64,000 nt of DNA from Cycas panzhihuaensis. Lineage: Eukaryota; Plantae; Cycadophyta. Position numbers and translations under genes: made by a program. This document shows, in pieces, positions 27,346 through 42,873 of the stretch. The notes under the pieces are model-generated. The model saw only the letters and a program-made list of their open reading frames with translations. It did no database searches and was not told where the DNA came from. Positions within the stretch are counted from its first letter, which is position 1. Each line of letters begins with the position of its first letter. The stretch spans positions 182,225,741-182,289,740 of the forward strand of contig CM041465.1 of the NCBI GenBank assembly GCA_023213395.1, written 5' to 3'.

Positions 27346-28100
27346 GGGAGAGGGTCAACCTTAGGCCAAAGGTGGGTCAAGCCCTCATCATATTTTAAGT
27401 AGTCTAGTAGTGGGTAACTATCCCAATTACATGTAAATAGGAGAACTAAGTAAACATCATTAGCCTTATTGAGAGTGATTTTCTCTCTCCTTAATTCACC
27501 TCTTAAAACTTGAGGTTACTTGGGATTAGATGTCAATACTTCTAGACCTTCCAAATTCATAAGGGTGGATCATTACTTAAGTGACAAGTCCCTAATGGCT
27601 TATCCATAAGTGGATCAATCCCATGGTTATGATTCTTTCAAGCCTCTATTTTAGTTAGTCCTTTCCAATTTCTAGATTTGGTTTTATCATATAGGTTCAT
27701 TTATAGGGTGGGTTAGGATAGGTAAGTTACCTTAAGGGGTAGTAGTACTTAGGTTAGATATGTTAGGCACATCTTGAGTTAGGGTGCATGTGCCCTATCC
27801 ATGGTCCTATATTCTAGAAGCCTTTACTGCATGTTATTGTTTCCTTCTAAGGAGATTCATAGTTAGACTAGTTATCCTTTCTTTACTATCTTTCATATAT
27901 TAATTACATGTACACCTACTTATCTAATTTATTTGCATGATTAGATACTTCATTGCTCAACTTAGTTACTCTCTCTTATTTCCCCCCTCATTCTTATGTC
28001 ACACACATATATCATCATCTCCTTCCTAGTCTAGGTCTCCCTTTGTCCCTGCACTTGCATCCATGTAAACACAAAAGTATCCATGAGTTATAGTTGATTA

Positions 28101-31100
28101 TATTAGAATATAATATTTTATCCTAGGAACATTAGAGAAAGGGAGCAATGTCTTTAAGACCCTTATTATATTTAATTCATATGTTTAATGTAATAACCAT
28201 GTAATAGTTACAAAGTTTGTTGTATATAAAGGAGGTTTCCCTCCATCAATAATAAAGAGAGAGATTCCATTCTTCCTCATTGTTGAGGATATAATTTTCT
28301 ACATGGTATCAAAGCAGGGAAATTTACCTACCTAAAAAGGAATAGACAAAGAATTATTGAAGGAGGATAATAGTATTCAAAGACAAAGACTAACTCAAAA
28401 CTTTGACACAAAGATCAAAAAGTTCAGAATAGCAAAAGATTGCAGAAATTTCATTGTACTGAATTGTATGGACCAATTTTTAAAGGTTATTAGAATTTGA
28501 TTAAACTTGGCTAGATTGAAGATCACATTAAGGGTGTCACTTTCTTCAACTAGGTTGAATCGATCCAAAGCCATTTTGAGGTAGTTTCCCCCCTCTGAAT
28601 AGTCTACATAGATTTGGGATTCTTCTAGCAAATTTCTCTCAAATTTCTTTAAGTCTCCAGGTAAAATCTATTCTAAACTCTATGTCTATGCATTACTAAG
28701 ATATCAAGACCAATTTTGAAGAGTATCTCTCTAGATTTGAAGTTTTTAAATCATTTTTTCAAAAAAAACTAGTCGTTAGTTTTTCCATTTCATGCTTATT
28801 TTCTCCCAAATGAGAAACTGTCTCCAAAATTTGACTATAGATCTAAACTAAGCTTGAAAATCTCTTCAATTTAAGATACTCCTTCAATCCATACACTTTA
28901 ATTTTTGTAGAGAAATTTATATGGTCATACATATTGGCACTATTTACATGTATCAATCTCTCTAATATTCACTCTTTTGACTCTATTAGTCTTTTTGAAT
29001 CTACTCTCAATTATGTTAATTATGGCATGTTTGATTCTAAGCCTAACTGATACTGATAAATTGACCAGGAATAACTACAATGTATGGAGAATTAAAATGG
29101 AAGCCCTCTTACGTCTAAAAAATACATAGGAACCAACCATAGGAGAAGAAAAAATGCCTAATGTTGAAGGTGGCACTCAAAAAAATTAGAAAGAAAGAAA
29201 TAACGTAGAAGTAATAACATTAAAACTGTATGTTTTTGGTTATTTATTGATATATACAGACAAATTAAATACTTTCTCTCAAATCTGGAAAACCCTAAAA
29301 AACTTTATGCCCAAAAGAATAGAGAAAGGGTTGTTACTCTGAAAGAAGAACTATTTAAACTGGTTGTGAAAGAAACAAATACTATAGATGACTTCATTCA
29401 CAAGGTTACCACTATCTAGAATGAACTTCTAAGTAGTGGAGAAGTAATTTCAGAAAAAGAAATCATTGAAATGGTAGGGGGAAAACTTTCCAAGGCATTT
29501 GATATAAATATTAATACCATTATCAATACCAACATAATTGAAGAAATATCACTTGATAAATTGACTCGCATGTTGATGAGATAGGAATAAAGGAATAGAA
29601 GATCTGAAGATGAAATAGAAGATGCCTTTGTAACAAGACTAAACATAGGAGGCTTAAGAGGAAGAGGGTGCTTCAGAGGTAAAGGACATACATCTAAGTT
29701 TAAAACTCCTTCACATGGAAGATGGTTAAAAAACTAAGGTTGTGGTCACATGTACACTCCAAGAGATGCTCAGATCTACTTCAACTACGACAAACATGTT
29801 AACTTTTCAAGCCAATATCAGATGTTTGATGTTTGTTATCAGTGTGGATAGTTGGGGCACTATCTCTATCAATGTCATTAGTAAAGATATGAAATTCATA
29901 GAGGGAAAAGACTAGTTGATAACTACAGCAAGGAATAGTTAAAGCAAAAAGAAGAAAAAATAGTTTTCGTTGCTGCTCTATCAGCTAATCTTGATGACTT
30001 TGATATATGGTTCATTGAATCAAGGGTATCAAGGCACATGACAAACAGAAAATATTGGTTTGAGTCAATCAAAACCTATTCATCAAAGGTTACCAAGCTT
30101 GGATATAAGTATCCTTTGAGCATTGAAGGAGTAGGAACTATTACCATAAATCTACAAGGTTCTATAAAAAAAGTCAATAATGTACTATTTATACCTAAAC
30201 TCAAGATGAATCTCCTGTAAGTATCTTAACTAAGCAACAAAGGCTTGAGAACCATTTTTGATGAAAAGGGAACGTGCTACGTGTTAGATATGAAAAATGG
30301 AGGTGATGTCATTGCTAATGGAGTGAAGTACAATGATCTATATAAATTATTATCCATTTCTATTGATCCAAACATAGATGTAAAAGCATTCTCTGTTGTA
30401 AATCTCAATAATAATAATGTATAGCATTTGAAGTATGGACACCTTCCCTTAGATAAATTAGAAATGATGAAGCAAAATAATGTAGTAAATAGTCTTCCTT
30501 CTATCTCATTAGAGAACTTTGTTTGCAAAGGCTATCAATATGGAAAACAACATCATTTTCCCTCTAGTACTAATAAATGGCATGCTCAAGAGAAACTAGA
30601 GTTAATACATATAGACTTCTGTGGTCCACTAACAACTCTATCTATAAATAGTTCTAGATATTTCTTAACCGTCATTGATGATTCCACCAAAAAAGTATGG
30701 GTGTATTTCATTCATAATAAGTCAAATGTATTTGATACATTTAAGGAATTTAAAGCTAAAGTAGAATTAGAATCAGGATGTAAAATTAAATATATTAGGT
30801 CAGTCAATGGAGTGGAATATATCTCAAAAGAATTCATCAACTTCTACAAAGCCAAGGGAATTCAGAGACAGTTCACAACTCCTCATACACCTGAGCCAAA
30901 CGATGTAGCTAAACGAAAAAATAGAACCATAATGGAAATGGCTTGAAGCATGATCTATGAAAAATAAGTCCCAAGAACCTACTTATAGAGGCAATAAATA
31001 TAGCTTACTACTTAATCAATTGAATTCCAACAACAACACTACAACAGATAAGACCAGAAGAAGCCTGGACTGGAAGGAAGCCTAATGTAAGTAATCTAAA

Positions 31101-33302
31101 AATCTTTGGTAGTCATGCCTTTATACATATTCCAAAAAAAACTAGGACAAAACTATATTAAAAATATATAGAATGTATCATGGTAGGATACAGTAAAAAC
31201 TCAAAAGGGTACAAATGTATAAATCCCAAGATAAATAAAATCTATGTAAGTAAGGATGTAGTCTTTAATGAAGAAATTTCATTTGAGGTCAAGTCTCAAA
31301 TACAAATAATTGAAGGAGTGCCCTGAATCGAACCTGAAGAAGAATTGTTATTAAAGAATCAAGAATGATGACAAAACCAAATCTAGAAGAATCAGAATCT
31401 ATTCCTTATGTTGAAGAAGAACCTTCATAAGAAGAATCAACTTCTAAAGCACCACAGAGAAAGGTACCAAAATAGTATATCAAAACCATAGAAGAAAGAA
31501 AAGGAGACATGTCCATACATAGGACCAGAAGTTAATAACATCAAGCCCTCTTCAGTAGACTACAACCACATTCATTTGAAGAAGCGAAAGAGTATGATAA
31601 GTGGAGAACAACTATGGATATAGAGATGGATGCCATTGCTAAGAATCAAACTTAGGACCTAGTAGAATTACCTCCCAATAAGCCAGTAGTCAATCGTAAA
31701 TAGGTGTACAAAGTAAAAGAGAGTGCAAATGGAAAAATAGAAAAATTCAAAGTAATACTTATGGCAAAAGGGTACACCAAACTACTAGAATTAACTTCAA
31801 TAAGAGCTTTTCACCTATGGTAAAAATGAATACAGTTCGAACGATAATAGTACTAGTAGCCTAAAATAACTAGAAAATCTACCAGTTAGATGTTAAAAGT
31901 GCCTTTCTACACGGAGAACTAGAAGAAGAAGTTTAAATGCATCAACTCAAAGGCTATGTCCAGTTAGGACAAGAACACCTAGTATATAAACTCAAAAAGG
32001 CACTGTATGGATTGAAATAGGCCCCCAGAGTGTGGTGCACTAAGCTAGACCAATACTTATCCCAAAATAGATTCCAAAGGTATAACTCTAATTCCAATCT
32101 CTATATAAAAAGAAATAATGGAACAATTTCAATTATAGTGGTCTTTGTTGATGACATGATACTCACTGGATATGACACCAAGTCTATCTCAAACATAAAA
32201 AGTTAGTTAGAAAAGGATTTTGAAATGACTAACTTGGGTTCTTTAAACTATCATCTATGAATAGAAATTAAACAAAATGAAAAGCATATTTCACTCTCAC
32301 AAGGCAAGTACATTAGGGATTTCTTAATTAAGTTTCAAATAGAGAACTGTAACGAATGTGCAACACATATGGAAGTAAGTTACAATCTAGTCATAGAAGA
32401 AGGGGAGCCTTCAGTTGATTGTACACTTTATAAATAGTTGATCAGGAGTCTTATTTATCTCACTTATATAAGACCTGACATCTCACATTCAGTAGGTCTA
32501 GTTTCTAGATACATGTAGGAGCCTAAGCTAAAACATTGGAATGCTACAAAAAGAATACTCAAATACTTGAAAAGAACAATAGATCTAAAACTGGTATATA
32601 GCAAAGAGGAGTCAACACAACTGATTAGATACTGTGATTCTGACTAGGTAGGAGATAAAGATACCAGAAGATCCACTAAGATATTATTTCTTCCTTAAGT
32701 CAATTGTTATTTCATGGTATACCAAGAAGCAACCCACTGTTGCACTTTCTTCAACTAAAGTAGAATATAAGTTAGATGTCAGTGCAACATGCGAAGCTCT
32801 CTAACTCTGAAAACTATTGAGAGATATGAACCAACTACAACAAGAACTAACAATGTTGCTCTATAATAATGAAAGTATAATTAAGCTAACCAAGAACCTT
32901 GTCCTGCATACATGAATAAAGCACATAAAGGTACATCATCACTTCATCCAGAAAAATGTGCAAAATAAAGGAATTGATCTAACATATTACCCAATAACAG
33001 ATCAAGTTGTAGATATATTAATAAAATCACTTAAGAGAGAGAAGTTTCAAACTCTCAGAAAAATATTAGGTCTAAAAAGGATAAAACATAAAGAGAGGGT
33101 ATTAGAATACAATGTTTTATCTTAGGAACATTAGAGAAAGGGAGTAATGTATTTAATACCCTCATTATATTTAATTTATATGTTTAATGTAATAACTGTA
33201 TAATGGTTACAAAGTCTATTATATATAAAGGAGGTTTCCCTCCATCAATAATAAAGAGAGAGATTCCATTCTTCATCATTATTGAGGCTTTGATTTTCTA
33301 TA
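28101..33302 (+). mobile_element. Full-length decayed Ty1/Copia LTR retrotransposon
   Basis: 203-bp LTRs 28101-28303 and 33100-33302 (about 21 substitutions); PBS TGGTATCAAAGC 28304-28315; PPT AAAGAGAGGG 33090-33099; TSD GATTA/GATTG. Confidence 0.96.
29022..33090 (+). pseudogene. Copia gag-pol pseudogene (gag, zinc knuckle, PR, IN, RT, RNase H)
   Basis: MACLILS...NNYNVWRIKMEALL; CYQCG*LGH; WFIESRVSRHM; LELIHIDFCGP...TPHTPEPN (30428-30946); QLDVKSAFLHG; FVDDM; KHIKVHHHFI. Confidence 0.93.
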
Positions 33303-36300
33303 GATTGTTCCCTCCTCTAACTTTGACCTCCTTACCTTAGGTCAATGAGTTTGGCCCCATCACCAATTTATAAGATGATTCCCTTTTTATTGTATATATT
33401 TGTAAAATCATATATATACAAGTATTATTTATAGAAAAAAGAATATATATATTATTAAAACCTCCATTGTCTAATTACAAATCTATAACAATGGATAAAA
33501 AATTAATTATACAAAATATATATGTGAAAAAATAATAAATAACAATGACATTACAATTCTAATATGTGTGTTATAAGGAAGAAATAACACATAAGCCATC
33601 AAGATATTAAGTAGATAGATATTATATTATATTATACATACTTAGACATGTATCATGGAATAGTGATCACATAGAGAATACATAGATGTTGTTATGTTAC
33701 CCTCCAAGGTGAATAACACGTAAGTATCTGACTATGTGGTTAAGGTGGTACAAGTTGATATCATCTACTAATAAGTGTACATGGGCTATATACCTTTACC
33801 AATAGAGTTAAAGGCTACATGACCCTCCAATAAAATGTTAAGGGAATAATGGCCACTTTTGTCTATTTAAGGCCTTACATTTATAGAGAGATCCCTTATG
33901 TAATAATCTCCTCTTGTAAGAGTATACTCATATACAACTTTACTTTGGGTGTTCTTTAAACTTTCTTATGCCCTTTCATATTCTCAATATAGTCTAAGTT
34001 GTTACAATAATAAAAGATCTATTTGTAGACTCTTATCACCTATTTAGAGTGAAAATTATAGGTTGAGATCATAATAAGTGGCATCAGAGTGAGGTCATAA
34101 TAATCTAGTAGAAAAAATTAACAATCACAAAGAAAGGGAATATTTTTCCCTCGATGAATTTTTAAACCCTCCCTTATAAACAATTTTATTCATTTTCTAT
34201 TTAATTATGTTATTCACTACAAGTGGGCGATACATCCTAAGTCAATAAATCCCACCATCCCATCCTTATAGTTTAGTTAGAGACCCCGTGTTAGGGATCT
34301 ATAAAATTCATGAGGATCTGTTATTACTAGCTAAGAATAGTTGGGTATATGCCATTGTGTGAACTGAGGTGTGGACTAGACCAATACCCAAGCTTTAGAC
34401 AAAACTCAGCTACAGACTTGTGCCTCCACATACCCTCACTTATTTATCTCTCTACGGTATATGGGTTAGCAATTAGTGCCCAAAAGTTACTCTACATGAA
34501 CACATATGCACAACTGTAGACCTTACAGGGATAATTTTTTCTCTATAGGTAGTACCCTAAGATATTGGAGTAAGCTATAATAATGACATAAAAGTTTATT
34601 GTAGGGCTTATAGAACTAAACACTCCCTTATTAGTGTCTTGTAGGTTTTCCCACCCCCTGCAATCTATTATTACATAAAACATTGAGTTTGTTATACTTC
34701 TATTAATAAACTTAAGAACTGCTACATATCTATGACTATGACTTACTATTGAGCAACTCAATAATAACACTCCATACAAACACCATCATAGTCAGTAAAG
34801 TGATCTTATAAAAAGTAGCAAGAATATCAAATTGAAGCACATCTACTAATTTACATGGTTTAACTCTCAAGAAGTTTTTAGGATAATCAATAGCCAATCA
34901 CAGAGCATTTAAATTCTTGTTCAAATTTTTAATAACGTCTACACTATGTTCCATCTGTATCAATGTCACCTAAACTTGATCCATCATAATTAAGTTTAGT
35001 CCCATAGGGCATCTTAAAAAAAAGAAGAAGAAGAAGAAAGAAAAAAATAGTCATAACTTTGTTAACACTTTGATTTAAATGAAATCTATATTATTAGACT
35101 TGTTGCAAAAAAAAAAAAATCCATGACCCAAAAAGTAACCTTATCAAAGTATGCATCTTATTTCGACCACTATCTTATGCTGATCAAAGTCCATTAGATT
35201 ATTTTCAGCTATCAATTTTGGGGAAAATCAACTTACATACACTTCATAGGCCCCACTAACCCTAATTTCTCACTTATGACTCACCTAGATTATCTTGATG
35301 AGTTTGTTACACTCATTCAAGTGCACTAGGTAATTTTCTTAATTTTTAGGGTCACTAGCCTATAGGCATATGACACTCTACCCTCTATTTCTCTTCTCTA
35401 CTCCTTCTATATATTCCCACTTATGTGATGCCTATTCTTCTTGTCTCTCTCATTTCTTATATTCCTTTCTGAAGTAAAATAAAACAATGGAGACAAGGCA
35501 GAGCATAATCATATAGTCAAAACATTGTTCCATAAACACATAAATCTTTTGTATTCAATCCATGATGAGTGAGTACATAACAAATCTCTAAATGTAGGCT
35601 GTGTCTAAAGACACCATGCTTGCACACCCCTCTAAATATATAATTTGGGAGAGGAGGGAAACTCCTCAACCCATAAAATTCAAACAATAATAAAACATTA
35701 CATAACTTAACTCAAATTAGTTTTAACCTTGCCTTATACTTACCTTCACATGTGAGCACCCACATGTGTAAATTGGTAAGAGTGAGGTGTGCATTATTGG
35801 GTGAAAGATGGGAGTGGGGTGATGATCATTAACCTCTAACATTCTTCCCCTTAATGGTCATCACAACAACTTTGTCTTCTCTTTAAACTTGTGAAATTTG
35901 AACTTGAAAATAACTTTGATAATCTATCTCTTAACTTGATTATTACTAACTCACATCATCCTTTTAGCAATGTGTGTATCTTTTCTATTTAGTGATTCAA
36001 AAACTCTACAATTAAATATAGTTTGATTTAAATGTGGAGGTGTGGCTACAACTTTGACTTTAGCTTGATTCGAATGTGGGGGTATGGTTGTAACTTTGAC
36101 TTTAGCTCATAGAACTTTAACTTTGTCTTCTAAAATCTTTTATGTTGTGAGTCACTATCATATCATAAGATTTCTCCCCCTCAAATGGATGATCAAGTTC
36201 TTATACAATAAGATGATCATGCATTTGACTTGAATTTTCCTTAGTCTTACCATCACAGTCCACCTACTCTGGTACCTGTCTCACATACTCAACAATATCA

Positions 36301-37143
36301 ATGTTAAATTCATTTACATTGAGGATATCTCCCTGATAAGTAGAAACTAAGGTGTCCCATATAGATTTGGAAGTTATTAATTCACAAACTTTAGAGAAAA
36401 AATTATTATCTATAATGTAAAACAATATCCATAAGACTTCATTGTCTTTTTTAAAGTTTTCTTTAATATTAAGATCATATTCATTTTGTGAGTATTTCCA
36501 AAGATCATTTGTAATAAAATGATTTTGTATTATTTTATGCCATTGTGAAAAATCATGGCCATCAAATATAGGGAATTATATCTTATTTAGATTGATTGCT
36601 ATTTATATTGAAAACTTTAGTACATAAAAAATATAGTTTATAAGTGAACATTTTGTACTTCTCAACAAAAATATCTGCCTTTAGAAGGAATCAAAGTACT
36701 CAATAAATCAATGAACTTATATAATTTTAAATATACTCTTTGAAAGAACTATGTAAGTAATCACAATGCCTTTGAAAAATGAAGGATACCTTTAGAAAAT
36801 AAATCAACTAGATGCAACTTTTATAAATGCAATAAGTAAATAATCTTTTCAATAATGATAAATAGAAAAAATACTTTCAATAAGTGTATGCCTTTAGAAT
36901 AAACTTTAAAATATGTCTTTCAAATATACTTTAAAATATAATGAATATAAGAGCAAATTTTGAATGTCACTAAGATCCTTTTAATTATGCAAATCTAAAA
37001 TAATACTTTTGATGATGAAAAAATAAAGAATCCTTAAGTTTTTTATTTTTTAAATAAATAATCACAAATTTGAGCAAGAATATAATTTTCTTTTCAATAC
37101 AAGAAATCTTTTTGCCTTGAAGAAGATATATAATGCTAATAAA

Positions 37144-38180
<1,037 letters not shown>

Positions 38181-39880
38181 TTTCACTTTAGAAAGATAAA
38201 AAATGAAGAAGAAACTTCCAAAAAAAATGAATTGTACTCGTTGTTATATTATATGACCACTTGGCTTGTCACTTGCTTTATATGTATATGAGCAATTTCT
38301 ACTATAAATTAGCTTAAAAAAAGCTATATGAAAGTAAAATGAAAACTTTAAATATGTGTTATAAATAATCAATATGAAATGAAATAAAGAACTCCTTAAA
38401 AAATGTTTAAAATATCAGCATGTTTGGATATCTTGAATGCTCAAGTTGAGTAACTTCAAATATATTCTAAATAGCGTTAAAATAAGGTGAGATTACATCA
38501 ATTTAAAGATCAATAAAATATCTAGTCAATGAAACTAACCCTTTTGAAAATGGATTCCTACAAGTCAAAATTTTAATATACCAAAGATGTAGTCTTCCTT
38601 TTGAGGCTTAATAGGAGCCTATTGCTTAAAATATTATGAAATGCTAGTAAGAAATTTGTAGAACAATGTAAAATAATCAAATATAGTTTAGAGAGCTACT
38701 TCATATACTTTTTAGTAAGGAAAACTTGAAAATTTACTATATAAGAATATGTAATAAAGATAAATTAGGAATTATTATGTACCTAAAATTTAAGGGCTTA
38801 AAGCACCTATAAAATAGACTTAAAATATAATAAAACCAACTTGAAACTGTAGATCATTAAAAAATATTTCTCTAAAATCAGATGGAGATCAATTTCAAAG
38901 CTATGAATCTCAAGATATTAGAGAAACTATAAAAAGTGTCATGCCAAGGTTAATAAAATAGGCAGTAAAAATAAGCTCAACTTTGACCTATTTAAACCTA
39001 TAAAATATTAAGTCAAATCAAGCAAAAGATACCTTCAAATAGTAGTGCTTTGAATTAGGATTCCAACGAATTTTACAGTTTGGAAATTTAATTTCCAGTT
39101 GTTGAGATATAGCTGGAAATGTAAGTAGTATATTTTATGTAAATATGGTAAAAACCACTAAAATACCACATTCATCGATTAAAATAATTATTAAAATTAA
39201 TTCTAAAAAATAAAATAAATAGATGGCGATGAAGTTTGCTAAAAATAAATTATTATAGAGCAGATCTGAATAAAAAATAATCTCCCAGTGATAAAATATA
39301 ACTTGATAAAAAAATAAATTTTGTAAAATTAGTTTAAAAGCCTTTAAAATTTACTGATTGACTTTAAACTGATTGAAAGTAGGTTAAATCAGTTCTGAAT
39401 ATGGCATATGACAAGTCAAAATTATACCTCAGAAAATTTTAAATGTAATAGGATAGGTTTCGTCAGAAACTAATAACCTAATCAAGAGATATGGTAAAAA
39501 TTAGCTAGGTACCCTATCTTTCAATGAAAAATTTTAAAAAAGAAAAAGAAAAATGTTATAAAACTTATGTTGGCCCCTTTCAAAATGGGTTAAAGGTTAC
39601 ATGGGATATTAAATCTTTCAAATACCAAATCTTACAAATATATTGAAGAAGATATAGCAAAAAACTAAGAAATATATATATTTATATCTGAAAAAATAGG
39701 AAGAATCTGGTAATGCACCTATAGCAGATTTGCAGAAGATGGACTTGAGAGCGTGAGAACTTCTTTCACAATGGTCGAAACATCAAACAGATTCTTCTAA
39801 TAAACATATCTACTATAGTATAACTTCTCTAAGAGACTTATTAGGCTAAATATGCACTAAATCTTGCACAAATCTAAAAG

Positions 39881-40130
39881 AAAATATTGAATGAATAGAC
39901 CAAAATATATCAAAAAATAGTTAAATATTTAATAAAATATGTAGATCTGGAAAAAATAGTACATAGATCTAGAGAAAATATTGAAAATTTTGACCAAATA
40001 TACCAAAAATAGTTAAATATTTAATCAAATATACAGATCTAGAGAAAATATTGCATAGATCTAGAGAAAATATTAAAAAATTTGATCAAATATATAAAAA
40101 ATGGTCAAATATTTGACAAAAATATGTAAA
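39881..40130. repeat. ~92-bp degenerate tandem repeat (about 2.7 units) in the leader of the gag-only element
   Basis: Units AAAATATT...TAGATCTAGAG start at 39881, 39975 and 40067. Confidence 0.75.
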
Positions 40131-42873
40131 ACTTGTTAATAAAACCTTTGTAGAGTGATAAAAACTTGAATACTTACTGATTATAGTTGTGCTCCTGCAC
40201 ATATCTAAAAATTATTTATTATTTCACAAATATAAATCAAGAATAATCAGATCTTTAATGAGAAATAATACAAGAAACTACTAAAAACTTTGTAGAAGAT
40301 AAATATAACCAATATTTGGCTTAACATAACTAGATCTACTATAGATGCTAATAGATCTTCTTTCTCCTCAAAAAAACTTCAATAGACTAGCAATATATGC
40401 TTTGATACCAGATGAAGGAAAATAAAACGATGAAGACAGGGCAGAGCATAATTACATAGTCAAAACATCGGTGCATAAACACATAAATCCTTTGTATTCA
40501 ATCAATGATCAGTGAGTACATAGCAAATCTCTAAACATAGGCAGTGTCTAAAGACATCAGGGTTGCACACCCCTCCAAATATATAATTTGGGGGAGGAGG
40601 TAAACTCCTCAACCCCTAGAATTCAAACAATAATAAAATATTACATAACTTAACTCAAATTAACTTTAACTTTACCTTATATTTACCTTCACATGTGAGC
40701 ACCCACATGTGTAAATTGGTGGGAGTGGGGTGTGCACTCCTAAGTGAAAGGTGATAGTGGGATGATGATCATTAACCCCCAACACTTTCTTCTTATTATT
40801 CCATACTTTATTAATACCCCTTTTATTGTGAGTTAATTTGAATGTCTTTCCTCTTTGGAAACTTAATTCATCGTTACACAAGATATACAAAAATAGGATA
40901 TGACCAAGTTATTATCAAATATTTTAAACCTTACTAAATAGGTTGCATTTATGCATAATCAACTCTCTAACTTTCTTTTAGTAGCTAATTCTAACTCCTC
41001 TAGCATGCCACAAGGTAGAGCATCTTAAGATAAAACCCCACCTCCCTAGACTATGTGACAATAACCATTCAATCATAAGATCAATATACCAACTTTTATC
41101 CAAATCTTAACAAGGAAGTAGCTCATAGTTGGATCAGTAAATTAGGTTCCTTTTTTTTAATCAACCACTTATCTGAAGCTAACTAGATGGCATTTGCCTC
41201 TATTTACTTGGAGGGTGAAGATCACCATTGGTGTAAATGATAGACAAGTGAGTATCCAATGGGACTAATTCTATAAATGTTTTTTTGAGTAGTGTGAAGA
41301 GATATAGAACCAATCTTTTTTTAGTCAATTTATGTAATTAAGACAAACCACAATGCTTGAAGCTTACATAAATGAGTTCCAGTAATTTGAACTCAAGCCA
41401 TCCAATACCTACATAGATAGGCATTAGTTAAAACTTACATAACTGATCACAATGAACAAATCCAAGTGAAGTCGAAGACCAATTAACCTCCTAACCTTCA
41501 AGATTATATTAATTATGCTAAGGCTATTTAAGTCAAATTTGTAATAGAATGAGCATCTAGGATTAGAAGAGAAGCACCATGGTTCAATCGCCAAAGGCGA
41601 ATAGAACCATATATACCTCTAAGGCTTTGAGCAAAAGAACCTCTCAACAAATAATATACTATCCAACTAAATAGCGAATAGTTGAGTAGCCATCAACACA
41701 AATGTAGATACCCACATCTAAGGTACATAAGTGTATAAAAGTCAATCTATACTTAGAATGCATAGAAAAACGATTCCCTGTGCATGGTCATGTATGTAAA
41801 GCCAAAAGAATCATATTCACTATTGACCCTAAATTTGACTCCAATGATGAAGCTAAAGTAGAGCCACCCTTAGAACCCTCTATACCTCTTAACCCTGAAC
41901 CTAAAGCACTCATATCCATTATTTCTTCTTCTACCTACCCTAACCTATTATAAGTAAGTAGGACCTTAAGGGAAATCCCCATTATAATTTTGATCAATGA
42001 TGGCACATCATTAAACTTCATTGATATTATAATAGCTAGACAATTAAACCTCTACATTAAGCTAAAAATAGGGTTTAATTGTTCTCTCCTATGCCATTAC
42101 TCCCTCTATTATGTGGTTGCCATTTGAAACCTTCATATCTAAATTAGTACATATCAAGTCAAAATTTTATACTTTATCCACTAGAGGATCAAATGTCATT
42201 TTAGGGATCTAATGGCTCAAAATGTTAGGTAATTATTGTATTAATTACCTTCTAAAGAGCTTATTTATAATGTTTAAAGACCTCTATAGACAAACCTATA
42301 AACTTTATGGCCTCCAATTATCACCCAACAAACTTCTTTCCCCTAAGCAAATAAACAAGTAGCTCAACAGGATCATTAAATATATTATTTGCCTTAATAA
42401 TTGTTAGGATTATTAATGTTAGTTTTATTTTAGCTTTATTGTTACTTTATCTTTATGTCACATGTGTAATTATAAATTTAAGTTATGTAAAAAGTTTAAT
42501 CTATGTTAATATTTAATCATTATGTGAAGGTCATTGAAATGCATAACCGCCCATTTCAATGAACCTCTCTTGTTACAAATACCCTCTCCTATATTCTAGG
42601 AACTGGTTCTGAGAATCTAGGAAGTTGTCCAAAGCCTATTTCAAAGGCTGGTTTATTTATGTAGAGGGTATGGTTATTAAAGTCTTATGTATAGTTTTTG
42701 AAATTAATAAATTCTTAGATTAGAATGGTGGTTTTTCTTCCCCATAAGGGGTTTTCCACCTATTAAAAGTTGTGTGCGTGTGCAATATCTTATTCTATCT
42801 GTGTTTATTTATCTTCTTGATCCTATTGCATTGTGCATAATACCTATTCTTACATGGTATCAGAGCGAGGTTC

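Larger units (their letters stand above)
27346..33362 (-). mobile_element. Solo-LTR-like insertion (~0.8 kb net), itself split by the Copia at 28101-33302
   Basis: CATCACCAA occurs at 27337-27345 and 33358-33366; right end GGCCCCATCA; minus-strand TATA context CACCCTATAAATGA ~27698-27711; no coding motifs. Confidence 0.5.

Noticed and set aside
28395-28631. 78-aa antisense ORF in the leader of the 28101 Copia
   Set aside because: No recognisable domain; the length is compatible with chance.
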